Below are positions 18,369 to 28,048 of a stretch of 41,837 nt of DNA, in pieces. Numbering within the stretch: the first letter of the stretch is position 1; each line of letters opens with the position of its first letter. Source of the DNA: an uncultured Oligoflexus sp. (GTDB taxonomy: Bacteria; Bdellovibrionota_B; Oligoflexia; Oligoflexales; Oligoflexaceae); the NCBI GenBank assembly GCA_964236955.1, contig CAXSGP010000009.1, forward strand, positions 23,672 to 65,508, given 5' to 3'. The position numbers were made by a program, and so were the translations under genes. The notes below the pieces were generated by a model. It had not been told where the DNA came from, ran no database searches, and saw nothing but the letters and a program-made list of their open reading frames with translations.

Positions 18369-19130
18369 TTAGAAAAATTCCATGGGCCCTTCCACTTTAC
18401 CAGAAAAAAACTGACGTATGATGGGATCCTTAGTTTTACGGAATTCATCAGGGCTTCCCGCTAGCTGTACGTGCCCCTTATATAACATGACGACGTGGTC
18501 CGCAATATCTAGAGCCGCCTTGAGGTCGTGCGAGATAACGATCGAGGTCAAATCTTTTTGCCGGTCCGAGACTTCAACGATAAGTTTGTCGATCATATCG
18601 GCAACGATAGGGTCCATACCGGTCGTCGGCTCATCGTACAGAATAATCTTCGGCTTGTGAACCAAGGCCCGGGCCAGCCCCACGCGTTTTTTTTCGCCGG
18701 TCGATAATTCGCTCGGCATTTTTGCTTCAATTCCAGCCAGGCCAACGTCTTTCAGGATGGCAGCCACCTGCGCCTGCATCTCGGAAAGCCCCAGTTTGGT
18801 ATGTTCGCGCAGAGGAAACATCACATTTTCACCTACCGACATACTGTCAAACAGGGCTGCTTGTTGAAAAAGCATCCCGAACTTTTTGCGATATTCCCTC
18901 AATTGTTTTTCGTCGAAATCATTGATCAGATCCCCGTCAACGATCACCTTTCCCGAATTGGGTTTTAATAATCCCATAATATGTTTGATAGTTACCGATT
19001 TCCCCTCGCCACTCTTGCCAAGAATGAGGGTGATTTTGCCGGCTGGTATATTGAGATCCAGTTCATCGAGTACTTTAAAGGTCCCAAAGATTTTGGTCAC
19101 TTTTTCAAAAACGATCATTGGATCATTCAT
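18369..19130 (-). CDS. mlaF: MlaF-type ABC ATPase
   Basis: GKSGEGKS, FGMLFQQAALFDSM, MPSELSTGEKKRVGLARAL, LYDEPTTG, ISHD, DPIIRQF. Confidence 0.92.
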   Translation of the reverse strand: MNDPMIVFEKVTKIFGTFKVLDELDLNIPAGKITLILGKSGEGKSVTIKHIMGLLKPNSGKVIVDGDLINDFDEKQLREYRKKFGMLFQQAALFDSMSVGENVMFPLREHTKLGLSEMQAQVAAILKDVGLAGIEAKMPSELSTGEKKRVGLARALVHKPKIILYDEPTTGMDPIVADMIDKLIVEVSDRQKDLTSIVISHDLKAALDIADHVVMLYKGHVQLAGSPDEFRKTKDPIIRQFFSGKVEGPMEFF

Positions 19131-19945
19131 TTAAACACTATCTGGATGTAGGTTATGACAAAGTCGACGCTCAGTAGCACCAGCAGCATCGTCACCACGG
19201 CGTTCGTCGTCGCCTGGCCGACGCCTTTCGCACCGCCCGAGGCATTTAATCCAAAGCGACAGGCGAGGATGGCGATGATGGCACCAAAAATGAGGGATTT
19301 CTGCATCCCGGCCCAAACATCATGCCAGCTTACAATTTGCAGCATTTTGTCAAAAAAGGTGCCCGTATCGATATCAAAAATATTGATGGCAATCAGCAGG
19401 GAAGCAAACTGACCGCTGACATTGAAGAGCGCCACGAGCAGGGGCATCATAAGAACAGCTGCAACAAGGCGCGGAACCACCAGGTAACCGACTGGATCGA
19501 CGGCCATGGCCTCCATGGCATCGATTTGCTCATTTACTTTCATGGTGCTGAGTTCGGCAGTCATCGATGCCCCGCCGCGACCGGCGATCAAAAAGCCGGC
19601 CATGAGTGGCGAAAGCTCGCGGGCCAGGGCCTTTGCGTTTGCCGCTCCGGCCATGCTTTGGGCTCCGAATAGGGTGAACACCGTGCCCACCTGAAGCGTG
19701 ACCGCGGCACCGATGAAAAAACCACATAAAAGAATGATGAACATCGACTCGTTGCCAAGAAAATACATTTGTTGAAAGATCAAACGCGAGCGGAAGGGGG
19801 GATGCGCGGCCTCGCGCAAGACATAGCCAACAAAGATAAGGAAGGACCCGAGTCCTTCGACGATATTCAGGATGGATTTGCCAACGCCGGAAACGCCGGA
19901 CAAGATAAAATTCTGCTGCGCCATAGTTTTTGTTCCGTCTGCCAC
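19127..19945 (-). CDS. mlaE: MlaE-type ABC permease
   Basis: RELSP, AGRGGASMTAELSTMKVNEQIDAMEAMAVDP..YLVVPR, GGAKGVGQATTNAVV. Confidence 0.93.
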   Translation of the reverse strand: MADGTKTMAQQNFILSGVSGVGKSILNIVEGLGSFLIFVGYVLREAAHPPFRSRLIFQQMYFLGNESMFIILLCGFFIGAAVTLQVGTVFTLFGAQSMAGAANAKALARELSPLMAGFLIAGRGGASMTAELSTMKVNEQIDAMEAMAVDPVGYLVVPRLVAAVLMMPLLVALFNVSGQFASLLIAINIFDIDTGTFFDKMLQIVSWHDVWAGMQKSLIFGAIIAILACRFGLNASGGAKGVGQATTNAVVTMLLVLLSVDFVITYIQIVFK

Positions 19946-20028
19946 CTAAAGATACCCTTCTATAATAACACATCCCAGCGCCACGCCTTCAAACCCCATT
20001 AGGATCAAAGACCGTCCGCCCGAGAGCC

Positions 20029-21153
20029 TTAACTGCCAAGGGTACGGGCCTTGCAAAGCGCGTCTGCGAAGGTCCACAGAGTATCTTCGGAATGGATCAT
20101 CTGCCCCTGCTCCTCTAAAAGGAGAAGATGAACGTCTTTGCCAGCCGATTCCTTGGCCTTGGCAAGCAGCTGAGCCGCAAGGGAGGCTGCATACCGCTGA
20201 CGGCTGGCCAGAATTTCAAAGCCCGGCCGCAAAGAGGGATCGAGATCACTCTCCCATCCGGGATGGCTGGCAATGGATTGCTGCAAATCAAAGGGCAGAT
20301 TGCGATTCATGATAAGGGCAAGCAGCGGGTAGTTATTGGCCTTGAGCTCACGTAGGAGGTGCGTAGCCGAGCGGACAGCATTATTATAGGGAGCCGACAC
20401 CAAAACAAATCCTGTCGACTCAGCCTTGAGAGCCTTGGCCACATCCCGCCCCACCCGGTTGAAGCCAATGATGACATCCTCCATAAGCACCAGAAATTCA
20501 GCAAGGAGCTTAAGCATCTTCATCCCCGTGATCGAGCTAATGCCGCCCATGATCTTGCCACCGGCTTTGAAGATAGCCCCCGCCCCGAGTTTTTGTGCCA
20601 AATGAAAGGGTTTGATCATCCAACTCATCACACCCGTTTCGACAAAACCCGCAAGTATATTGGGACGCGCTAGAAAATCGAGAGCGTGGGAATCAGGCGG
20701 GGTATCGATCACGATGAGATCATAACCGCCTGTGCGCAGCATGGTTTCGAGTTTGGCCAAGGCCATATATTCCAAAGGCCCGCCGAGATTCGACGCGACT
20801 TCCTTATAAATTGAATTCTTAAAAATCTTTTCCGCGACATTGGCATTGGGGGCAAAACGTCTGACCATTTCATCAAAGACCGCTCTTTGATCAAGCATTG
20901 CCGCCTCCAGACTGCCCGTAATATCGGCCTTCAATTCAACCCGACGCAATTCGCTGCCAAGTTTGATGCCCAGAGCATCGGCCAGGCGTTTGGCCGGATC
21001 GATACTGAGTAGCCCTACCTTCTTGCCGAGGCGGGCCGCGATCAAGGCGATGGCGATCGAGCTGGTGGTCTTGCCGACTCCGCCTGAACCGACAGTGACG
21101 ATCAATCGACTCTTCTTGATGATCGTTTCGATCTCACTCAGACCTTGATTCAT
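20029..21153 (-). CDS. ArsA/Get3-family ATPase, subunit B (BagB/Rv3680-like)
   Basis: Walker A GSGGVGKTT, switch I IDPAKRLADALG, EYMALAKL, switch II DTPP..HALDFL. Confidence 0.88.
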   Translation of the reverse strand: MNQGLSEIETIIKKSRLIVTVGSGGVGKTTSSIAIALIAARLGKKVGLLSIDPAKRLADALGIKLGSELRRVELKADITGSLEAAMLDQRAVFDEMVRRFAPNANVAEKIFKNSIYKEVASNLGGPLEYMALAKLETMLRTGGYDLIVIDTPPDSHALDFLARPNILAGFVETGVMSWMIKPFHLAQKLGAGAIFKAGGKIMGGISSITGMKMLKLLAEFLVLMEDVIIGFNRVGRDVAKALKAESTGFVLVSAPYNNAVRSATHLLRELKANNYPLLALIMNRNLPFDLQQSIASHPGWESDLDPSLRPGFEILASRQRYAASLAAQLLAKAKESAGKDVHLLLLEEQGQMIHSEDTLWTFADALCKARTLGS

Positions 21154-22070
21154 AGTTTTTTCGCTCCCTCGATCCAGGCTTGCATCTCGGCGCTATTAAG
21201 CGGCTCGGCGAACGCGCCGCGCTCTTCTAAGACCATGATGGGCAATTGCGTGTCGATCCCTTTGAGCCCCTCGCGCAATCGTTCTAGATTCTTGCCCTGC
21301 GCCTTCTGCTGCTGCAGCCAGTATTGACGACTTACTTCCAACTCGCTGGAAAGGACTTGGTCCGACGGGACTTTTGGCCAGCAGCGATTGGCGATCACGG
21401 TGGTCAGGGAGGCCGGGCTTTCCTTAGCGAGGCGCTGACTGAAATCGAGAGCCTCGGATATGATGAGTTCTTCCGGAACGGTGACGAGAGCAACGCCAAC
21501 CTTGCTTTTATCGGACAGAAAATCCCGAACCCGCTGCGTCTCGTCGATCACAGGACCTGACATACCGGAATGGATAACTGCGTCCGGGGTCTTCATCAGG
21601 CTGTAAAAATGCCCCGAAGCGAAGCCGTCAAATACTACAAGGTCGAAATTATTTTCTTTATCGAGTTCGACGAAATAAAAGAGCCGGCCGAGAAGCGTAA
21701 GTTCGGCGATCCCAGGAAGCATCTGAATAAAGGAACGAACGATCGGCTTGGTGAAAACTTTTTCAAACAGCTTGGCAAATCCCAGGTGCTTGATGACGAA
21801 GTCACGGAAGTTGTCCTGGGCATTGAGATTGATCACAAAAATTCCGGGACTGAGCTCCCGAAGCTGATGACCTATCGGTGCCGCTCCAAAGAGAGGAGCG
21901 ATCTGATCGTGGGCCGAAAACTCGACGAGGCAGACTTTTTTGCCTAATTTTCGGGCTTCCAACGCCAGGGCGCTGCTGACTAGAGTTTTCCCTATTCCGC
22001 CTTTGCCCGTAACCATCACAAGTTTCTTCGCTAACAGCTCTGCTAATGATTCTTCCAGCATGGCCTTCAT
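21150..22070 (-). CDS. ArsA/Get3-family ATPase, subunit A (BagA/Rv3679-like)
   Basis: Deviant Walker A VTGKGGIGKT, PGIAELTLLG, switch II DGFASGH, VTVPEE. Start likely ATG 22070 or 22061 (ORF track 22106). ATGA overlap with subunit B. Confidence 0.86.
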   Translation of the reverse strand: MKAMLEESLAELLAKKLVMVTGKGGIGKTLVSSALALEARKLGKKVCLVEFSAHDQIAPLFGAAPIGHQLRELSPGIFVINLNAQDNFRDFVIKHLGFAKLFEKVFTKPIVRSFIQMLPGIAELTLLGRLFYFVELDKENNFDLVVFDGFASGHFYSLMKTPDAVIHSGMSGPVIDETQRVRDFLSDKSKVGVALVTVPEELIISEALDFSQRLAKESPASLTTVIANRCWPKVPSDQVLSSELEVSRQYWLQQQKAQGKNLERLREGLKGIDTQLPIMVLEERGAFAEPLNSAEMQAWIEGAKKL

Positions 22071-22136
22071 TCCGTGAGAATGTTGTCTATTCCCCAAGCG
22101 CGCCATCCGGTATAAACCGCGCCAGGACTCAAACTC

Positions 22137-22331
22137 TCAGCTTTTAGGCGCATCGTCCTTCTTATCGTCCAAACGCGCAGTATCGGATTCATCCTTGACG
22201 CTTTTTTTGAAATTCTTGATACTTTCGCCGATCGCGCCGCCCAGCTTTGGCAACTTATTCGTTCCGAACAGCAAAACGATCACACCTGCGATGATAAGTA
22301 ATTCGGTCCAGCCTGGCATCATTTCTTTCAT
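22137..22331 (-). CDS. tatA: Twin-arginine translocase subunit TatA/E
   Basis: GWTELLIIAGVIVLLFG..KLPKLG..IG..IKNFKK is a classic TatA. The true start may be ATG 22322 or 22319. Confidence 0.93.
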   Translation of the reverse strand: MKEMMPGWTELLIIAGVIVLLFGTNKLPKLGGAIGESIKNFKKSVKDESDTARLDDKKDDAPKS

Positions 22332-22443
22332 CTCCGGATTAAGAATGGGTTAAGGGTAACGGGGCGTTAAAGTCCGACAAATGCTGCTTATCATACGCGG
22401 AGCCATATTCAAATCATAGTCAATTCATCTAATTAAGCCGTCT

Positions 22444-25400
22444 TCACTGGGTCAGCTGCGCTGGTAAATTCCAGGAGACCGCGACAAAATATCGCGGAAC
22501 CTGCGCTTCCGCGAGGCCCTGCCGCAAAAAGTCGATAAAGCGCCAACGCTTTTGATCCCAGCTCAGAGTCTCAAAATTCAAGGCATTGAGAGGCGTAGTG
22601 TCCAATCTATCAAGCTTGCTTGTATCATGCGTCATGATGAAAACCCCGCGCTGGCCCTGATTAGCCTGGACCTTCCAGTAGCGTAGCGAACGATCGTTAC
22701 CTAAAGTCAGGACCACGCGATTAAGCGGTGTGACATTATTTTCCGCGCCCATCAGCAAGGGACGTGCTGACCCGAAATGACCCGACCAGGTGTCGCCCGT
22801 GCTCTTGTGTATCACGCTGAAACTCAAAGCCACCGCCTCCAGATTTTCGATGCCTGGAAAGGTCCGCAAATATTTTTCAAGGAATTCCTGTATTTCTTCC
22901 GGGGACAAATCCTCGCGTCCACCGCCAGTGAATAAAGTCCGCATAGTGAGAACTTCGTGCCACAGCAAAGAACTCAGAGCGGCGCGAAGATCCTCGGGTC
23001 CGTTAAGACGGCAATAGACCATAAGGTAATTCTCGTCACCCACATTCAGACCTAAATACCAGGTGTTTTCCCTGGCGTTGCGCAGATGGCCTTCGGTCCA
23101 GACATGCAGCCAGGGGCATGGTTCAAGGAAGTAACCGCTGCCTTGGTATTCAAAGAGAGGCATCTCCTCGGGCTTGGTTTCGTTAGGAAGATAAGCCCGC
23201 ATCCAGGTGCCAACCTCCGCGCCGAAGCAATCGAGTGTGTGCCGGAGCACCGTGGAATCCTCGTCCTGGATACGTGCCGACTCAAGGAACAGGAGGCCGA
23301 GGCTTTGATTGGCATAACGTACCGGTACCAAGGTATTCACGGTACGGGTTCCGTTCGCTTCTTCCTGATGCTCATGCAGCGCCTTGTGACTGTTCGAGGA
23401 ATGGAGTGCACCGTCCGATGCCGGCAGCAGAGCGGTGCGATCCAGCGTTTGAAAATCTTCGGTCACCTGAGTGGTCGAACGGGTCACTGAAACCGGATCG
23501 ATTCGAAAACCCAAAGTCCGTGGGCCGGGTCGATAGGGGCTTGAGAATTTCTGCCGCCAGGGTGCGTCCCCGACCGGAATGGTCAGCGAAGTCCGTAGGC
23601 TGAAATAAGGGGAAATATAAGCAATTATCTCCTGGGCCTTGTCGACGGGCGCTTTCCCGCACTCTTCGAAAAGCTTAACGTCGTGGCTGGTGATCAGGTA
23701 GACCTCGTCGAGGTCCAAACGGTTGCGTATCAATTCGAAAATATGACGTTTCGCATCATCAAGGTTCATCGTACGGGGCTTGAGCCTTGGCATCAGAGCC
23801 ACATGGTGGAGCAGCACCGAATCGATTCTAACCACATCGCCGCTCTCCTCACTCAAATATTCGGTAGGCAAATGGTTCAAATGACCAAGTTCCTTACGAA
23901 TCTTTCTGAGCATCGAACTGATCAGGACAAGTCCCAGATTTTTGGCGGTTTCCTCTGCCATACCGAAATAATCGGCGCGAAGAATCGCTCTTGATTGCGA
24001 CAGATGCCGGCCAAACCACATTCGGGTCAGCATTTCGATCAGCGGCTGCTGAGTGATCTTGGTGCGTTTAAGGGCGATATCATAATAGAGTTTCACACCC
24101 TTCTTATTCAAGTGGTCCATAAGTCGGGCCCGCATCAGCATGGGCACAGCACGGCGCTCATGCCGACGATGGCTCGCTATGGCCAGGATCTTCTTCAGAG
24201 TCGGTACGATCTCCTCCTTTTGCCAAAGGACGTCACCATATTCGGTGGCGAACACTTCTGGGAAAAAACCTATGAAAAGCAGTAAAAAGTCGATTTCATA
24301 AGGCAAGAGCAGCGGCGACTCAAGATTGTCCTGAAAGTTCGCCAAAACAATATAATAAGCCGCGCGAGCATTTTCTCGTTCACCCGCCGCCAACGATACG
24401 ATAGCTTCGATCACCCGGTAGAAGATGTCACCGCGATGATGGTGTCGGCTCGAGTTCCGTTTTTTCACAAACCCGCCGTAGTCAACGATGAGCTCGCGTG
24501 AATCGGTCAGTAAAAGCCAGAACAGATACATGCTCACAGCTTTTGCCGTCAACCAGTGTCGAACCGTAAGCAGATTCGGCAAGGATTGAAACAGTTGCGT
24601 CAAGGCTTTGCCTTCGCCGCTAAAGAGGAAAGAAACGATCCGGAAGATTCTTTCCTGCATCGCCTGCAGTTGGAAATCCTGAGTATCAAGCGTCGATTGA
24701 ATCAACTCCAGGCTGAATCGGAAATCTTCAAGTTTGCCCTGATACTGATCGACCAGCAAAGTCTGCTGATAGGTCGCATAGCCTACCATCGTTTTGCTGG
24801 TCTTTTGTTTGACCGCATCATAGACGACTTCGAGGAATTGATAGGCTTTTTTCTGGAATCCGAGATAACTCAAAATAATGGCGTGATCACAGATCAGGCG
24901 CAGCACCAGCTCCTCGGGCAGACTGTGTTTGACGCTTTGATGCAAAAGCTCGGAATGATAAGCCAGCGCCACCCGCTTGTCATAGGCGAGACCGGCATGC
25001 TGTCCGATCAAATACAGGGACAAAGGATGAAAGCTGGTGCTGTCTGGATCCGATCGTGTCAAGGCACGGCCTGGCAGGCTGCGGTTTATCGGCAAAAGCA
25101 CGCTTTTCGCTAGCTGCCAGATCACGCGGAGCTGGGTCTTGAAATTGATCACGATCGATGGAAAACCCAGTTTGACGAAACTTTGCGCCATCTCTTTGAG
25201 GGTCGCGTTGACGTTGCCGCTGACGAGGCTCAGATGAGTCAGTTTATAGGCAACGAAGGCATATTCATGGCTGCTGAGATTCATTTTTCTCAATTCAAAA
25301 TAGAGTTTGGCCGCTTCACCATACTCTCTTTGCGCGAACTGAATGTCGGCCAACGCGTGATAGATCGATTTTTGCTGCGACGATGTCTTGACCGAAGCTT

Positions 25401-27843
25401 CCTTTAACAGCGGCAGCATCGAGCGGGCGTTTTCAAGATAACGCTGCGCCGTGAGACGGGAGTCGATCTCCATCGCCTTCATTCCGGCGCGCATATTGTA
25501 TTCGAGTGCTTTCTCGATCAGAACAGGATCGCACTCACCGGGCGCTTTACAAGCGTGAAAGAAATGATGGGCCAGACTGAAGATCAATTGCGGACGATTG
25601 ATTGCGGCACTGGTTTCCAGTCGCAGGGCAACGAGCCGATGCACCTCGCTCCGTCGGCCATGATGCATGCTATCGATCAGTGCCTCGCGAATACTCCTGT
25701 GAATAAAGGAGTAGGTGCGTCCGGTCCCATGACCTGCAAGGTGACTTCCCTGATCTGAGGTCATCATCAATAGACCCGAAACCATAGCTTTATGGAGCAC
25801 GCGTGAGATTCGCAAGGGATCGGAATCGGGCAGAGCCTGGAGAAGGTCCGAAGTAAACTGGGTGCCTATTATGGCCGCGATCTCCAGGATACGGCGATCG
25901 GCATCACCCATTTCGCTCAAGCGATTGAGGAGGAGATCGATCGAATTGGAAATGACGTCAGAACGATTGATCTCATCGAGTTCGATGCGCCAACGGCCCT
26001 GGTCATCGAGGCTCAGCATTTCCTGGAACACCAGACTGCGGTGCAGTTCCAGAAGATAAAGCGGATTCCCCAAAGTCTTATTGAAAAGATAGGAGACGAA
26101 GCTCTGATCAGGGTTTTTGTTGAGGCCGAGGATGCTTCGACTCAGGTCACCGACCGAGGGATCAGGGAGCGGTCCCATATCGATTTCCTGATAGCGGCGG
26201 CGTAGCTTCGCAAACTTCGTAAGAAAGTTCTGGAAAGCCTGACCCTGCTGCACGCCTATGGTTCGATAGGAGATGATCAGGAGGAAGCGCTGGGAGTTGT
26301 TGTACGAAAGGAAACGATCGATGAGATCGAGACTTTTATCGTCAGCCCAATGCATATCATCGAAGAAGAAGACGACGGGCTCGGACTCATTCGCCAGGCA
26401 GCGGGTAAAGTCAGAGAATGCCTTGGCAAAGTCCGCGAAGTCGCCTTCGCGATCGAGATCGAGGTCAGTCGAAATCTGAGGTTGTCCTGAAGTGTCTTCG
26501 AGCAGATAGGGCTTAAGGCCCTGGACCACGGAGGCTAGCATTTTGCCCGTTGGACCCAGCAGGGTTTTCACCTTGCGGCGAATCTCCTCGGCTTCAACCG
26601 GTTGAGTTTTAAACACATGGACCAGGTATTCATTGAAACCGTTGGCCAGCGCGTTGAAGGGCAAATTGTTTTCGTGGCGCGAAAAGCTCGTGCTGATGTA
26701 TCGGATCTTGTTCTTGGCAAGATAGCCGCGGAATTCTTTCATCAGGCGCGTTTTGCCCGTCCCCCCCGCACCGCGCACGACGACGAGCCGACTGCGTCCT
26801 GTGTCTTTGGCGATCGCACTGTAATTGCTGATCAAAGTATCGAAATCCTCCTGCCGGCCCACCATGGGTACCGACGATGGAAGAATATTCAAACGGTCGT
26901 AACGGCCCAGAATAAATCGTTGCGTGCGATTCCGGCCTGACTGCAGCATTTTTTTAACGCGCTGAAGATCGACGTGCAGTCCAAAGGAGGTCTGATAACG
27001 ATCCTTAGGATGTTTCGCCATCAGTTTCATGACGATATCATTCACGACATCAGGAATATCCGGCCTTATCGCCGTCAGGGAATCAGGGGTCGCAAACGCG
27101 TGTTCACGGGCCAGCTTCTCACGGGTTGCACCACCGAAGGGCGGCTTGCCGGCGAGAACCTCGTAAAGCATACAGCCCAGCGAATAGAGATCCACACGAT
27201 GGTCGATCGGGGCATCCAGAAACTTGCTGTTTTCCGGGGCCATATAGAGCGGAGTGCCGGCAATATCGGCGGCAACCGCTTCATCACTATAAAGATCAAG
27301 GTCACCGAGCCTTGCGATACCAAAGTCGAGGACTTTGACGAGCAGGCCGCCCTCGGAGTCGTTGGAACGTTCAATAATAATATTCTGCGGCTTGATGTCG
27401 CGGTGAATAATATTTTTGGCATGTGTATATTCAAGCGCCGCCGACACCTGGAGCCCAAGCTCAAAGAAGAAATCGAGACGCTTGCGTCCCCCCTTGATGA
27501 GGGATTCTTTGAGATCGTGGCCCTGGGCGACTTCCATGACTATATAATAGCCACCGACCACGGTGCTGCCGTCGGGTCCTTCCAGTCGGTAGAGGCCAAG
27601 CTCGTGAAAGGCAATGATATTGGGGTGGCGGAGCCGGCTCATGAGCGCAGCTTCCCTTTGGAACCTCAACACGTCTTCATAGTCGAGGCGGTTGCGTTCA
27701 ATAACTTTGATTGCCACGGTCTGGGATGGATCGGAAAAAGGAATGGCAGAATACACGCGTCCCATACCACCACCACCGATCTCGCCGGTGATGCAGTAAC
27801 GATCTGCGATGTTTTTCCCAACCAAAAGGTTCTGCCGTGACAC
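22444..27843 (-). CDS. Multidomain Ser/Thr kinase: kinase, STAND-type NTPase, helical repeats, GAF-like and degenerate PP2C-like domains
   Basis: Kinase GGGGMGRVY, VAIK, HRDIKPQN, DFG, GTPLYMAPE. NTPase GAGGTGKT, FFFDDMHWAD, GNPLY. GAF-like LVPVRY...LGLLFLE. C-terminal SpoIIE-like pattern. Confidence 0.88.
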   Translation of the reverse strand: MSRQNLLVGKNIADRYCITGEIGGGGMGRVYSAIPFSDPSQTVAIKVIERNRLDYEDVLRFQREAALMSRLRHPNIIAFHELGLYRLEGPDGSTVVGGYYIVMEVAQGHDLKESLIKGGRKRLDFFFELGLQVSAALEYTHAKNIIHRDIKPQNIIIERSNDSEGGLLVKVLDFGIARLGDLDLYSDEAVAADIAGTPLYMAPENSKFLDAPIDHRVDLYSLGCMLYEVLAGKPPFGGATREKLAREHAFATPDSLTAIRPDIPDVVNDIVMKLMAKHPKDRYQTSFGLHVDLQRVKKMLQSGRNRTQRFILGRYDRLNILPSSVPMVGRQEDFDTLISNYSAIAKDTGRSRLVVVRGAGGTGKTRLMKEFRGYLAKNKIRYISTSFSRHENNLPFNALANGFNEYLVHVFKTQPVEAEEIRRKVKTLLGPTGKMLASVVQGLKPYLLEDTSGQPQISTDLDLDREGDFADFAKAFSDFTRCLANESEPVVFFFDDMHWADDKSLDLIDRFLSYNNSQRFLLIISYRTIGVQQGQAFQNFLTKFAKLRRRYQEIDMGPLPDPSVGDLSRSILGLNKNPDQSFVSYLFNKTLGNPLYLLELHRSLVFQEMLSLDDQGRWRIELDEINRSDVISNSIDLLLNRLSEMGDADRRILEIAAIIGTQFTSDLLQALPDSDPLRISRVLHKAMVSGLLMMTSDQGSHLAGHGTGRTYSFIHRSIREALIDSMHHGRRSEVHRLVALRLETSAAINRPQLIFSLAHHFFHACKAPGECDPVLIEKALEYNMRAGMKAMEIDSRLTAQRYLENARSMLPLLKEASVKTSSQQKSIYHALADIQFAQREYGEAAKLYFELRKMNLSSHEYAFVAYKLTHLSLVSGNVNATLKEMAQSFVKLGFPSIVINFKTQLRVIWQLAKSVLLPINRSLPGRALTRSDPDSTSFHPLSLYLIGQHAGLAYDKRVALAYHSELLHQSVKHSLPEELVLRLICDHAIILSYLGFQKKAYQFLEVVYDAVKQKTSKTMVGYATYQQTLLVDQYQGKLEDFRFSLELIQSTLDTQDFQLQAMQERIFRIVSFLFSGEGKALTQLFQSLPNLLTVRHWLTAKAVSMYLFWLLLTDSRELIVDYGGFVKKRNSSRHHHRGDIFYRVIEAIVSLAAGERENARAAYYIVLANFQDNLESPLLLPYEIDFLLLFIGFFPEVFATEYGDVLWQKEEIVPTLKKILAIASHRRHERRAVPMLMRARLMDHLNKKGVKLYYDIALKRTKITQQPLIEMLTRMWFGRHLSQSRAILRADYFGMAEETAKNLGLVLISSMLRKIRKELGHLNHLPTEYLSEESGDVVRIDSVLLHHVALMPRLKPRTMNLDDAKRHIFELIRNRLDLDEVYLITSHDVKLFEECGKAPVDKAQEIIAYISPYFSLRTSLTIPVGDAPWRQKFSSPYRPGPRTLGFRIDPVSVTRSTTQVTEDFQTLDRTALLPASDGALHSSNSHKALHEHQEEANGTRTVNTLVPVRYANQSLGLLFLESARIQDEDSTVLRHTLDCFGAEVGTWMRAYLPNETKPEEMPLFEYQGSGYFLEPCPWLHVWTEGHLRNARENTWYLGLNVGDENYLMVYCRLNGPEDLRAALSSLLWHEVLTMRTLFTGGGREDLSPEEIQEFLEKYLRTFPGIENLEAVALSFSVIHKSTGDTWSGHFGSARPLLMGAENNVTPLNRVVLTLGNDRSLRYWKVQANQGQRGVFIMTHDTSKLDRLDTTPLNALNFETLSWDQKRWRFIDFLRQGLAEAQVPRYFVAVSWNLPAQLTQ

Positions 27844-27930
27844 TTTAGGGTCCCCTTGACCGAAACGCTAATTTAGCTTTTTTTATCATTCTCTCAATTT
27901 TTTGCTTAATGGAGAGAAACTCTAGGATGT

Positions 27931-27958
27931 TTTTCGGAAAATCTGACAAAGTTCTTAA
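27931..27958 (-). promoter_or_regulatory. sigma28/FliA-like promoter upstream of the Ser/Thr kinase
   Basis: Minus strand TTAAG-N15-TCCGAAAA. Confidence 0.55.
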
Positions 27959-28048
27959 GGTCGGCGTGAATTCCTGTTAGAAAGGGAAAACGATTGTAAG
28001 CTCCATTTGTCATTTTACCAAATGCCAGATGCTTCAAAAGGAACTCGT

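Noticed and set aside
20029..22106. Arsenic-resistance operon
   Set aside because: No arsB, acr3, arsC, arsR or arsD is present, and no metalloid-binding Cys cluster is evident.
26974..27840. 288-aa + strand ORF, and similar long antisense ORFs such as 35721-36467, 33349-34038 and 193-837
   Set aside because: These are shadow ORFs opposite well-supported genes, with no recognisable motifs or RBS.
22444..27843. STAND NTPase as an Avs-type anti-phage system
   Set aside because: The architecture matches kinase-NTPase-GAF signalling proteins, there is no nuclease, TIR or SIR2 effector, and the context is housekeeping rather than a defence island.
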